Positions 1 to 12,100 of a stretch of DNA of 64,000 nt are shown piece by piece. Under the pieces are notes generated by a model. The model made no database searches and was not told where the DNA came from. It saw only the letters and a list, made by a program, of their open reading frames with translations. Source of the stretch: Azolla caroliniana (lineage: Eukaryota; Plantae; Polypodiophyta); NCBI GenBank assembly GCA_043228905.1, contig JBHGNT010000002.1, positions 682,001 through 746,000 on the forward strand, in the 5' to 3' direction. Made by a program: the position numbers and the translations under genes. How positions within the stretch are numbered: position 1 is the stretch's first letter; each line of letters starts with the position of its first letter.

Positions 1-1028
1 ATCTAAATATGACCAAAGTGGAAAAGAATAGAGTGATCCGAAGTGATATTATTAACTTTGAAAACAAGATAACATGGATCAGCCCCAAAATATCACTTGG
101 TACGAAGATGGCCCACTACAAGACACGTTTTACACACATCAGAGCATGGATTCGCCATCATGCCACCTTATATGGACATACATCTATCCTATTAGGGCAT
201 TGTGATAGGGCAACTGCAAATTTGATCACATCAGTTAGAGATTGAGATAGGCTGATATACACGAATACCTCTAAAAGAAAGAATTTGCAAATTGTGTCAT
301 CAAGGAGTGGAATCCGAAGAACACTATGTTTGTCACTCTAGTGTCTTATATGAAATCAGAGGGAGAAACCATTGCCTCTTTAAACAAAGCTTTGGCCCGC
401 TATGCAAGATAATGGAATATGAGGACCAACGGCACCTAGGACATTTCTTGCTAGAACTCAAGAGACATAGGGAAAAGTTGTTGAAGGACAATAATATAGC
501 CACACAAGCTCTCATACACAAAGAACAATCACAACTTTCTTTAGCCGCCATCACACCTACTAATACTACAAGTCAATCAAGGGGTACCAAAATGGGCTCC
601 CAACCGGGACATAACAAAGGGGTTACAATAGATTAGGCAATAGAAATTTGTCGTGCACGTAGGCCCCGGCGCCATGGACCACGACCTCACCAACCTTGTC
701 ATCGACAAATAAAGGCCATTATCTCCCGCCATTGCAGGTGCTTCCCTCGCTTCGGAGACCTTTCCATTCTGGATCGACCTATGCTAGAGATCTTTCAAAG
801 ACAAAAGTTAGACTATATCTAACTTGATAATCTCACATGTGCCGAAAACCAAATTCCATCGTCTATTTTTATCTTATTTACTTTTATATTTACTGAGTAA
901 TATTTATTTTATTTTGATTTGTTGTTCTCAAAGACAAGACAACACTTAAGATGTAATCTCTTGTTTGGTCTTATAGGCCATTTTGGCGTCTTAAACGACA
1001 TTAATATATCTTTCTTTCTCTCTCTCTC
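1..1028 (+). mobile_element. 3' end of an RTE-X-like LINE (family A), degenerate, ending in a (TC)n tail
   Basis: ORF 292-636 carries the C-terminal Cys/His motif of non-LTR ORF2 (C..CHQGVESEEHYVCH..YEIR). A 3' UTR follows and ends in tctttctttctctctctctc at ~1009-1028. The clade assignment is inferred. Confidence 0.75.
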
Positions 1029-1240
1029 AAGTGGACAACAATACAGCCACAGAAGCTCATCAACAAAGAATAATCACAACTTTCTTCGACCCCGTCACTC
1101 CTACTAATGCTACAAGTCAATCAAGGTCTATACATATGGGCTCCAAGGAGGAGATTGCATAGGAGATACAATAGATAGGGCAATAGCAATTTGTCCTGCA
1201 AGTAGGACCTGGCCTCATGGACCAAGATTTCGCCTCCTAG
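1029..1240 (+). mobile_element. Second diverged fragment of the LINE family A 3' region
   Basis: 1032-1235 (ggacaacaatacagccacagaagctc...tcaatcaagg...atagatagggcaatagcaatttgtc...catggacc) aligns by eye with 486-690. Confidence 0.65.
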
Positions 1241-1355
1241 ACCAAGGCATGGAGAGATAATTAGGGTTGTCACCCTCCAACACTTTAGGAGTGAAACAAA
1301 GAATGCATTATCTCTTGGAGAGAATATTACAAAATTCTTTGAAGATCACTTTGCT

Positions 1356-1592
1356 ATGCAAGATGTTATTGTATATGCCGCACATAGGGTTGGCAAAAAG
1401 CAACTAGAGGGAAAATCATCTCGAACTATTGTTTGTACAATCCTTCATGAACGTAAAAGGGCTATGATTCTAGATAGTAGTACGGTGTACTTAAAAGGGA
1501 GAAGTTTTTTTGTAACGGAGGATAGAACTCCACAAGAGCAAGAACGTAGAAGGAAAGCATATGCATCTACGAAAGCAAATCAAAATGCATAG
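1356..1592 (+). pseudogene. LINE ORF1 C-terminal remnant
   Basis: The HRxG...RxIxxxF/L...xxxEDxTxxExxRR pattern is typical of the C-terminal part of LINE ORF1 proteins. It lies directly upstream of the APE domain. Confidence 0.65.
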
Positions 1593-1628
1593 CAAGCAAC
1601 GACCAATGGGACTATAAGTGCTTCAAGA

Positions 1629-4600
1629 TTGAAACTAATGTTTTGGAATTGTAGAGGATATCCATGGAATAAGGGTTTAGGACTCAATGATGTAGCTCAA
1701 GGTATGGATATTATATTTTTGGCTGAAACATGGGAGCATGAGGCAAAATATATACCTAAAATAGACAGTTACCTCATAAAATTGATATGGTCACACTCCA
1801 AAGGGAATATTGGGTGTGCCAGAATAGCATATATCTACCATGAGAGCTTAGATAATTCTATCAAAGTATACAAATATGATGACTATAAAAGATACATATG
1901 GATAGAGGTTAATTTAGGGAAAGAGAAGCTCTATATAGTTGCATGTTACATTCCTCACAAAGACTCAAACTACTATAGTAGGTTTGGGTTAGATTGTGAC
2001 GATCCTTTTACAGAATTATGCCATGATATACTTTCATTTGAGAATCTTGGTAAAGTTTTAATTATGGGAGACTTCAATGCCAAAGTTGGAAATTTCCAAA
2101 ATGTGGAAACATTTGAAGAAAATGTAGTAGAACATTGTCTATTGCACGACTCAGAGGATTGTGTCATGTCAAATTAAGAACTTTTGATACATATGCTAAA
2201 TTGCACAAACTTGATTATCCTAAATGGTATAAAGGCATTCCTATTGACAAATGTGCTCACATGTTTACCATCCTCGGGTGGAGGAAGTGTGGTTGATTAC
2301 ACATTAATGTTGGCATGTGATCTCTCATTGGTGAACGTGTTTAAAGTTGGTTCTCTATCTTCGGACTCAAACCACAAGCCATTGTACTTAGAGCTTGCAG
2401 TTCCACATTTCACCAATAGATGCTATGGAGTGAAAGACGAAAAGAGATGTATCATCCGACCTTGCTACAAAAAAGCTAAGATGTATGCAAAAGTGGAGAA
2501 CCATTTGCTAAATTTTTCTCTAAGCAACGATGTTAAAGAAAATTGGCAACATTTGAAGGATATCAATACTTTAAGAGGCATATGGGTGCATGTGGGTGGG
2601 CATAAGATCTGTAGTTTTCCATATAATTCTTGGTTCGACAATGAATGTAAGATGTATCTCATATGGTTTAAGTCCATAAAAGGGAAAATGAAAAGACTAT
2701 TGCATGGCACCTAAATAAGAAAGCACTGAGGAGAAAGAAAAGAAGGCATTTCCAAATGCAAGAGATGAAAAAGAAAAACTTGTTTAAGCTCAAACCAAAA
2801 TTAGCATGGGAACAACTCAAGGATAAGAAAGAAGATGTGAAAGGTCACTTTACAAATGAAGAGATGTTAGACTATGTACAAAGGCTATGTAAGCATGAAG
2901 GTGTGGCTCCTATGGTTGAGAAAATTGAAACACCATACACTACATGTATCGATATTGATGATGTTAATAAGGGAATAAAGAAGATGGCGAGTGGGAAAGC
3001 AACAAATGCAACCTACGTCTCAAGTGAGCTTTTAAAATGGACAATGCCACATACTCATCATTGGATAATGACAATTATAGAGCAAGCTATAAAACAAGGA
3101 TTTCCAAATGATTGGCTTATGAATTGGATTAAACCAATATTTTAAGCCGGAGATAAGAATCAAGTATCAAATTATCATACAATAACGGTGAGCTCAACTA
3201 TTGCTAAATTATATAGCACTATTATAGAGCAAAAGATAAGCACATGGGCTGAAAGTACAAGCAAAAGAGCACTTGGGTAAGCAGGATTTAGACCAAAACA
3301 CTCCAGTGTGGATCATTTGGTCACATTGAGAGTAATAATGGAAGAGAGTCAACTACAAGGAAAAACACATTATTGTTGTTTTGTTGATTTCAAGGAAGCT
3401 TTTGATACCATACCATGAAGTGAGCTTTGGAATAGAATGGTAGAGATTGACAGGCCATTAGAGTACCGAGTTGTTGCAAGCCTATATGAACAAGTTAAAT
3501 GCCAACTAAAAATGGATGGTGGATTCTCAAAGCACTTTTTAAGTAACATGGGGGTCAAGCAAGGATGTCCACTATCACCCACACTCTTTGGCCTATGTAT
3601 TGATAAATTAGAAGAAGTGGTGAATAAGGTTGCAAGAGAAGAAGGATTGAATGCCCCCAATCTAATGCAAAATGTTATCTTATTGCTTCTATATGCAGAT
3701 GACGCGGTACTCTTCTCATATGATGTTGATAGTATGCAACATTTACTTGGGGTATTAGAAGAATTTTGCCATAGTAGTGAACTAACAGTGAATGTGGAGA
3801 AAACAAAAATGATGGTAGTGCAACCATCCAACCTTCTCATTACTCTATGCTCACATATAGAGGTGAACATATACAATTTGTTCGAAGCTTTAAATATCTT
3901 TGTATTGATGTACCCGCCACAAATAAATGGAGTGCATGCTTTGACTCTAGGCTCCAAGCTAGTTGGAAATCGTATTACCTTTTGGGGAACCAATGCAACC
4001 AAAGTGATACTTGTGGATGGGAAGTAAAACTAATGTTGTTCAATGCCATTGTAACTCAAGCATTGCTTTATGGAGTAGAAGTATGGAGTGGCACCATCTC
4101 TCTTAATGCATGGAATGAGATTGAGAAAATTCAAAAGATGTTTTTAAGGAGGCAATTAAGAGTTAAATGCACTACCTCTTACCAATTCTGCTCTTGGAAA
4201 CAAGTGTTCGACCCATAGAAATATTGGCACTCCAAAGAGTATATAAATACATTACAAAAGTCAAGAATATGCCGAATCATCGATTACCACATCTTGCTTG
4301 GAATGTTAGATGTAAGCTACAAAAGAATCATAAGTGTAAGATTCTCTCATCCGGTTGGGTTGTTGACATAAGGAAATGGTTTAGAAGATGGGGTGTGGAT
4401 GATCTTTTAGAGCTTTCGGGCGATGCTATGCATTATGTAATGATTGAGGAAAGGTTGGTGGAATCATTAAGGATGAAGTGGGAAGATAATAAGAGGAAAA
4501 AGCTAGAATACTACATCGCAAATGTCAACCCTAACTGTTGGTCTCGATATAAAGCAAGAATGCCTATTGATCATATCCAACCTTATCTCATTATCAATAT

Positions 4601-4817
4601 GAGTAGTAATGCTCGTAGAGCCCTTACACTACTTCGCACTCGATCTCACAAGTTAGGTATTGAAGTTGCAACATGCTATCAAAATGTAACGAATTTGAAG
4701 ACATGTAAAGTATGCAATGAAGCCATGGTAGAGGATGAAAGTTACTTGCTCTTCACATGGTCAACATATAGTGCAATTCGTTCAAGATATGCTAACATAC
4801 TTAAGTGCCATACTTAA
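1629..4817 (+). pseudogene. Disrupted LINE ORF2 (APE endonuclease-reverse transcriptase)
   Basis: ORF pieces 1629-2177, 2184-2714, 2756-3145, 3437-4027, 3847-4218 and 4167-4817 give colinear APE, RT and C-terminal domains. Confidence 0.9.
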
Positions 4818-5039
4818 GACACCGCCTAGAAGGTTGAGCTCATATGTGTATGCTTTATTCACATAGAGACTTTGTGCTTCAATCTATGAATACCCCTTCT
4901 TAGGAAGGAGACACATAACAAGAACACATGTATACTTTGGTCCCAGAGGTCAAAACTGGCCTCTTTATGGACGATAAAAATTCTAATTCTAATTCTAGGA
5001 AACCTAGAGTAAGGATAACATGAATTCTTCAATGTTTGT

Positions 5040-5225
5040 TATGCTTTGCCTCTTAGGCCGATTTAAGTCTTCTCTCTTTCTCTCTATTTTTTCTTTACTT
5101 TAGTAAGATTTATTTTGGTTTTCTATTCTCAAAGAAGAGACAACACTTACAATCTAATCTCATGTTTGGACTTATAAGCCATTTTGGCCTCTTAAAAGAC
5201 ATTAATATTTCTTTCTTTCTTTCTC
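5040..5225 (+). mobile_element. LINE family A 3' UTR remnant with (TTTC)n tail
   Basis: ttctcaaagaagagacaacacttacaatctaatctcatgtttggacttataagccattttggcctcttaaaagacattaata matches 925-1010. Confidence 0.65.
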
Positions 5226-5574
5226 ACCAAAGCTGGAGAAGGATATGATCACCTCGGTTGACATCCTCCTTGAGAAGATTAGCTAAAGGAAGTCAAGAAA
5301 TCAATGAGCTGAGGCAACAAATGCTCAGATATTCTTAAATACAGATCCGGAAGCAATGAAATCATGTACATACCGATCTTCAAGCCCAAATTTTGGATAA
5401 CAAACAACAAGGAAGGCCAAAAAGATCTAGAAATCTTGTGATATACTGAAAACCAATTGGAGCTACATTCGACATATTTATCACTAGATCCACACTCCAC
5501 AGATAAGCTATATTCCACATGGAATTGCAGTGATATAATGGTTTTTGGAGACAAGGAAAACATCTTTTGAGATC

Positions 5575-6120
5575 CATGCCAGGGTATTCTAAGCATGCTA
5601 TTGAAGAGTAAGTGTTGGTCATTAGAGATACCAATGCAAAGATTGAACACACGCAACCAGAAATCATAGACTTCTCAAAACTTCCATGCCACATATGGAA
5701 AGAAATCACTAGAGCTACATTCTGCAGATTTTTCGATAGATCCGCATTCCATAGAAAGATAACGAGCTACTTTTTAATCCATATATGGAAAGACTGTGGT
5801 ATCATGCTTTGGGGTTAGACAAGAGAAAACCCTTTGGAGATCTATATCAGAGAATTACTACACATGCTAATGAAAAGTAACTGTTGATCTTTGGATACAT
5901 GGACACAAGGATTGTACACATGCAGCCAGAAATCAGACTTCTCTCTAGAACTACATTTCACAAGAAAAAAAATCCACGTAGAATTGCTATGGTAGCATGC
6001 ATTTGGCATAGAAAGGACAACTCCTTAGGAAATTTATACAGGGCATTCCTAAGCATGCTAGAGAAAAGTGTTGGTCTTTGGAGTTCTGAATACAAGGATT
6101 AGAAATCCCAGATTTCACAT
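5575..6120. repeat. Degenerate direct repeats (3 copies of an ~100-bp core)
   Basis: The core aagcatgcta..aaaagt..tgttggtc.ttgga..c..tacaaggatt....accagaaatc recurs at ~5590, ~5862 and ~6050. Confidence 0.55.
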
Positions 6121-7654
6121 AAGAGCTTGCAGAGAAATAATTGCCAAACAGAAATGATGCTCATGTTACTACACTAAGGTTGCACAAGAACTAGCCATGA
6201 TAAGTATGAAAGCTTCAGTGCACCTTGTTCTATTAGACATGCCAGTCATCAATTCAATTATTCCTTATATCCGATACAAAATCTGGATGCCTTAGATCAG
6301 ATCATACATCTGCATATGTAAGGATAAAATCACAACATGCAGAAGGCCAAAAATTGATTCCCCAGGATCAGTCATATAAAATGGAAATGGCAAAAAAAGT
6401 ACTTATGCTACTACATCAGAGGAATTGACACCATTCCTCTGATGCACTAGCATACCGAAAATGCATGGTCGATTTTCATATGATATTGGAATGCATGATC
6501 ATGTTTTCAAAAATGCACGTGTAAACCTACAGAACACATTATATGCATGACGAGAAGTATTTAAAATGGGCACCTCATAATGTATGGTTTGATGAGTGAA
6601 GACAAACATTAAGGCAGTCCAATGCAAACTTAAGCCCCACGCAGACCACAAGATACATGGACGTTTCACATGTAGCAAGGAAATACAATATTCTCAAAAA
6701 GTAGAAACAAAGAGTGTGTAAACTTAAGAAAGAGACAAAAGAGACATAAGAGTGTGAACTTAAGAAAGAGGCAAAGGAAAGATACATCTTAAAAAAGACC
6801 CAAGGGGGCAAGGAGAGCTATGACAAAAGATCCATAACTGACATATTTTCTTTAATGCATCAGAAATGCTAAAATGAACTGGCCCAGTGGCTAAAGAATA
6901 CATGCATGCATTATTAAATCAGGCAATAGAACAAGTTTTCCTCAAGATTGGCAAGATACCTGGACCAACACACTATACAAAGGAGAATTCAGCTCACCAA
7001 CTATCCCATGATTATGGTCGGTTCTTGGATGTCTAAACTTCTACGCAGAGGTGCTGAACATCAACTCAGAGAATGAGCTGAAAACAGTGCAAGCAAGCGT
7101 AGATTACAACAAGGAGGCTTTCAACACAATCTCAAGGCCAACGTGTCGCTAGTGTGTATTATGAAGAGGAACCAACCCAATTAGTTCACACGTTTCAAAT
7201 TTCTTAGAATTGACTTACCTTGTCCACACACTTGGGAAGTAACCCGACTAAAATAATGGAAGGCGTTACTTTGAAATGTCTTGCATATGACGATGGTAGG
7301 CATGGTTTTCCGGGATTCCTAAATGGTTATTCTAGCTTTTGAACTACCGATGACATTAGAATGCTCTTGCTCATATACTCAATCACAGCACCAAACTGAT
7401 GAAAGATCCAAACTGTGAAATTAGATAACAAGCTTAGTTTTTCAGTTCAACTTTTCTTTTTCTTTTTGTTATACCATTTTAAAATTCCCCCTCGTCCAGC
7501 AGGGAAGAGTGTTTGGTAATAATCGATCAATGCCAACATTGACCCCCATTTCCTTGGTAATCCTCTTTTAGTCTCACAATAGACATATTGACTCCTAGCT
7601 AAAGGTGCATGGTTCAAATCCGGTCTTACAATGCAGTGTGATTTAAGGAATTTT

Positions 7655-7883
7655 TACTAAGAGGGAGTGATAACTTAAGTGCCATACTTAAGACACCACC
7701 TAGAAGGTTGAGCTCATATGTGTATGCTTTACTAACACATAGAGACTTTGTGCTTCAATGTATGAATATCCCATCTTAGGAAGGAGACATATATCAAGAA
7801 CACATGTATACTCTGGTCCCATATGTCAAAATTGGCCTCTTTATGGACGATAACAATCCTAATTAATTAATTAATTAATTAAT
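7655..7883 (+). mobile_element. 5'-truncated copy of LINE family B (3' end only) with (AATT)n tail
   Basis: 7673-7860 closely matches 4799-4980 (acttaagtgccatacttaagacacc.cctagaaggttgagctcatatg...ggcctctttatggacgataa), followed by aattaattaatt. Confidence 0.85.
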
Positions 7884-8043
7884 GGCATGAAATCTCATAT
7901 GGCAAGTACCAAAGAGCATATCCTGAATATTTTTTATTACTGTTCCTCTTTTTTATACAGATGGAAACTCCACACCTTTAACAAGCTTTTGATTGAAAAA
8001 TATATATTCCTCGTGAGGCTGAAAATAAACTCACATAGCAAAT

Positions 8044-8426
8044 TAAGGTAATCCTACAAGCCTTGAGCAAGATATCCATTGAACAACCCTTGATTTTCAT
8101 GGAATGTGAAGGATAGCACAACAAAATCACAATTATTGCATAAAAATACACCTCCTTGTCATAGAGAGCTACTTTTGTAACCCCATTGTAAGTACATTGG
8201 AGCTATGAAATGTACTATTCAATAAAGCCCGATATGAGACATGATCCTACAAGCCTCAAGAATACTATCTACTGAAGAACCCACACTTTTCAAGACTGTG
8301 TTGAGGAACATACTCTCAGTTGGCACATGATTATTTGTTTGTTTATTTTAAAGCAGTTGTGTCTCTTATAGGGTATACAATTACTCATTAAATTAGCATG
8401 GATCCAATATGTATAAGTTGTATTTG
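8044..8426. repeat. Dispersed repeat copy 1 (in EI24 intron 3)
   Basis: Same start (taagg.aatcctacaagccttgagc) and end (gtataagttgtatttg) as 14354-14772, and colinear between. Confidence 0.8.
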
Positions 8427-8499
8427 TGGAAACTCTACACCTCTAACAAGCTTTCAATTGAAAATTATATATTCCTGGTGATGCTAAGAATAAACTCAC

Positions 8500-9169
8500 A
8501 TAGCAAACACCAATAAGCATATTTTGAATCATTGCTATGAAGAGATCTCCAGATGTTCCCATGACTCCCTCTTTCACAGGAAATACCAATAGCCATTGTA
8601 GGATAGGAACCACTACTCTTCGAAAAAAAAGGATGCTGCAAAAGAAAATTACAAATAAATAGATAATAGAGTAGAGTTCATTGTAACAAAAGGAAGGGTC
8701 CTGAAAATGACAGCATTTATATGAAGAAAAAAAAAAGGCTCCATGAAGAAGCATGCAAGTTATTACCTTCCAAGAAAGACACCACCATTTAATATAAAGC
8801 ATTGACCAGACTTAACAAAAATCTTGCGGGATCTGAAAAGAACAAGAAGATAGGATCAGCCTCCTAAGGCTTCAAATATAGAGCTGCGGTACCAATTTAC
8901 TATTATTGGATCTATCCAAGTAAAAACTAGTTAAAAGAATTGCGGCTGAAGTGGTGTATAATGAAATTTGTTCAGAGCAAACAAAATGGAAGGGAGATGT
9001 GCATAGGTGCCTACCTCCGACAGAAAAAGTAAACACGGTGAAGGCAACAAGCATCTTTGAAGCCTAAGAACCAAAGTGAGGCAATCTCAATGCAAGCAAG
9101 TTTGAGCTTTTCCACTGCACTATCATCTCGGTGTCCATCATTGTCGTCGCTCTCTATTCGAGACATCAT
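8500..9169 (-). CDS. EI24: EI24 (etoposide-induced protein 2.4) homologue; N-terminal three coding exons only (9015-9169, 8767-8832, 8500-8635)
   Basis: GT-AG spliced, phase-consistent translation MMSRIES...LWFLGFKDACCLHRVYFFCRR|SRKIFVKSGQCFILNGGVFLGS|ILFFRRVVVPILQWLL...LIGVCY resembles the plant EI24 N-terminus (LWLEGFREAC.LHRV...RSRKL...GQCFLLNG.IFLGS). There is a probable 5'UTR intron at 9186-9554. Downstream exons were not found. Confidence 0.8.
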
Positions 9170-12100
9170 CTTCCTATTCTCGTTCCTGTCAGAAGACAAG
9201 CGTGTTTATAACAAATGATGTTCCTATGCTATTAGTGCTAACATTTTTAGGAACGATTTAGGAAAGTTGAAGAGAAATTCCGTTGGCCCTTAAAGGAATC
9301 TAATTCCACACCTTGTGAGCTCTCTAAATTGTATGAGTTGAAAATCTAATTTAAAACCCTCTTTAATGACAACTTTCAAAGAAATTAAAACATGTTCATG
9401 TTCGTATTTGATCTGCAAATAGCTCCTTATATACATGATACACTTTTTTATGTAAAGCGATATATTTTCTTTTTAAATACCTTCAACTGAACCCTTGCGA
9501 ATACAGAACTTAACTTATTATTACACAAATATGTACCGAAAGGGCGTAATTTACCTTCACAAGCCGAAACTCTTGAGCCAAGAATGAGATGGAATTTTCT
9601 TGATCCTCTACTCCGAATCCACGGGAAAAACTCAAATTAAATCATCCTCGTCTTGAGCCTTTTGTTGACAGGAATATTTTATCCTTCCATTTCTCTGAAA
9701 CACGTGTCGATAAAATCATGTCGTAATCTACACTATCATCATCAGAAATCAGAGGCAGAAATAACAACAGATAAATGACGCAAAAAACAAATCGTGATGC
9801 GTTTTTTCTATTACCATTGACACGGACACATGGGTCGCGATTCGAACGGAAAGAGATGCATGCGATGGTAAATAGGTTCGAACTCAGAGATTTGATGGAC
9901 GAAGCACGGCCCGTTCTGCATTATGCATGTGACCCTCTCTTGTCTATGACTGCTTTGTCTCAACTATTAAAGTAAGAAATTGTATAGTTTGTGAATATTT
10001 TGTATCAAAAATAGAGGTTTGATCAATCATTACACTATGAAAACAATGTCTTTAAAGAGTGTTGTCCACCAATACATAGAAGAGCATGCAAACTTCTTAT
10101 GGAAAATGGGCTTTGGACCAACTACATAAAATGGCCTTTGTCTGAATTTCTAGGTGTGTAGCGACCATCTATGACCAAGGTTAAGCACAACATGTGTCAA
10201 TGATGGCGACCACAAGATGGATGCATATTCATTCATTACTACTATCGATGGGGAATAAAGACGTTGTTGAGGTGCTTGTTGAGGCAACTAACCTAAATTT
10301 CTAAACATGAGGTGAAAATGTTATCTGTTATAAAACATGAGATATTTCATTTGTTATGAAACAAAAGATTTTATTTTTATTTTTATTTTTAGAAAACATA
10401 TCCTTCCATTGGTTTAAAAAACCATATCAGCTACAAAATACAAAATGATGGAAAGGAGATGATTATCCTTCCCCAACCCGTATTGTGTAAGACAATAGCT
10501 AGCCATGAATCCTTCTTTTGATAGACTTGATTGAACACTTCCTCAATAGTTGAAAAATACCATGAATTTGCATATGTTCAAACCAAATCAATCTTCCTCA
10601 TCAAATTTGACAATTAGAATGCAAGTAAATTTTGAAAACTTGAAAATAATCCCACCCACTTATGACAATTAGAATGCATACTATCCATCAAGGGTAGTTG
10701 CAATTTCCTTAACTCATCAACTATCATCTTTCCTCCTCTTATTCCTCTATATCCTTGTTGCATAATATCAGTAGGATTGTGAACAAAGTGTTGCCACTTA
10801 CTAAGAGATGAGGCAAAAGGTGAAACAAAAGATATTGCATACCATTTGGATGACAAAATGCACCATGTCCATTGGAATTTGACATCATATGAAGTAATCT
10901 CATGAAAATTAAGTAAATATAATAGAATTTAGAATAATCAATTACGATATTTAATTGAACTTGGCCATTTTCATAAAGTTGTACTAAGTATAAATTAGGA
11001 CATCTCAAACTAGTGACATGGACTAAAGCAAGGATTGCCAAGCATTACACCATCGAATGGTCAAAGTTGAGTTATGTGAAGAAAGCCAAAAACCTCTTTC
11101 TAGTTAGATATAGTGGAGTGATTTTAGAAAAGCAATGTGTAAATATCATTATCGCTCTAACATTTACCCCCTCAAGGGTCACCAAGCAAAACTAAATGAA
11201 TAACTTTTGGAAAAAGGCATTGTGGGCTAGTCCAAAGATGCGAAAGACCCCAAGTGAGCTAACTAACTATTTTGTGCAAATTGTGAATTTTTGTGACCAA
11301 GTGAGATGACCATATTAGGCAATAATTATGCATAACGTTTGAGTTTGTTGTCAACCAAACCTCATACTATGACACATCAATGAATGTGGAAATGCAACAT
11401 AAGAAAATACAATTCCATTGATATGTATTGCGGTATTTGTCATTATTCACGTTGCAAACTAGAAAGAGCATGTGGCCAGGTCTTTCAAGGAGAAATGTCA
11501 AGAAGTCCCCTCGAGGTGATCACTTGAGAACGGAAACCATTGTTGGAAGAGTTTCCTCATAATTAACATCAATTCCTTATCTCCACGGAATAACACTATT
11601 AATAGCCACATCACTATCTTCTACGTAATGGAGTTTTGTGGAAGTTAGGATGCATTGTCGTGTAAATGTGCATGCACGTGCTACTCGAGTGGGATATGAA
11701 CCAGGACGAAAATGATGTTGTGTGAGAAGAGTCAAGACTCTTCTCACCCTTGCATAGGTCTCCTTTTGTAAGCCCTTGTTTTATTTTTAGTGTTTGATAG
11801 ATCAAGTCGGGGTTTTGTTGGGCCCGTGGTTCAAGAAACCAGGGATTGGAGCCAGGTGAATACTTCAGGAAGTGAACACTAAAGTAGATCATCACTTGCA
11901 AGCACCATACTTCTTCTCCATGTTTTATTGACACAATTCCCTTTGACATTTCAAATGCCTCACATGTGGTTCATCGAGATTACATGGTTTGAAATCAATT
12001 GACGAGGTCTATTGTCTATGATAATATTTCTACCATCGTGGGGAGTGTGACATTGTTATAGGCATAAACAAACACTCATTATATTCTATTCGCTATAGGG

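Larger units (their letters stand above)
1300..4997 (+). mobile_element. Near full-length degenerate LINE (family B, RTE-X-like) with ORF1 remnant, APE endonuclease, RT and (AATTCT)n tail
   Basis: ORF1-like peptide AHRVGKK...FFVTEDRTPQEQERRR. APE motifs FWNCRG, DIIFLAETW, GDFNA, SVVDY. RT motifs GFRPKHS, FVDFKEAFD, GVKQGCPLSPTLF, LLYADD. C-terminal RTRSHKL..E...C..C....VEDE. Tail aattctaattctaattct at ~4979-4996. Multiple stops and frameshifts. Confidence 0.9.

Noticed and set aside
5279-5709. PPR-like or further EI24 exons in minus-strand ORFs
   Set aside because: No recognisable motifs, and they overlap degenerate repeats.
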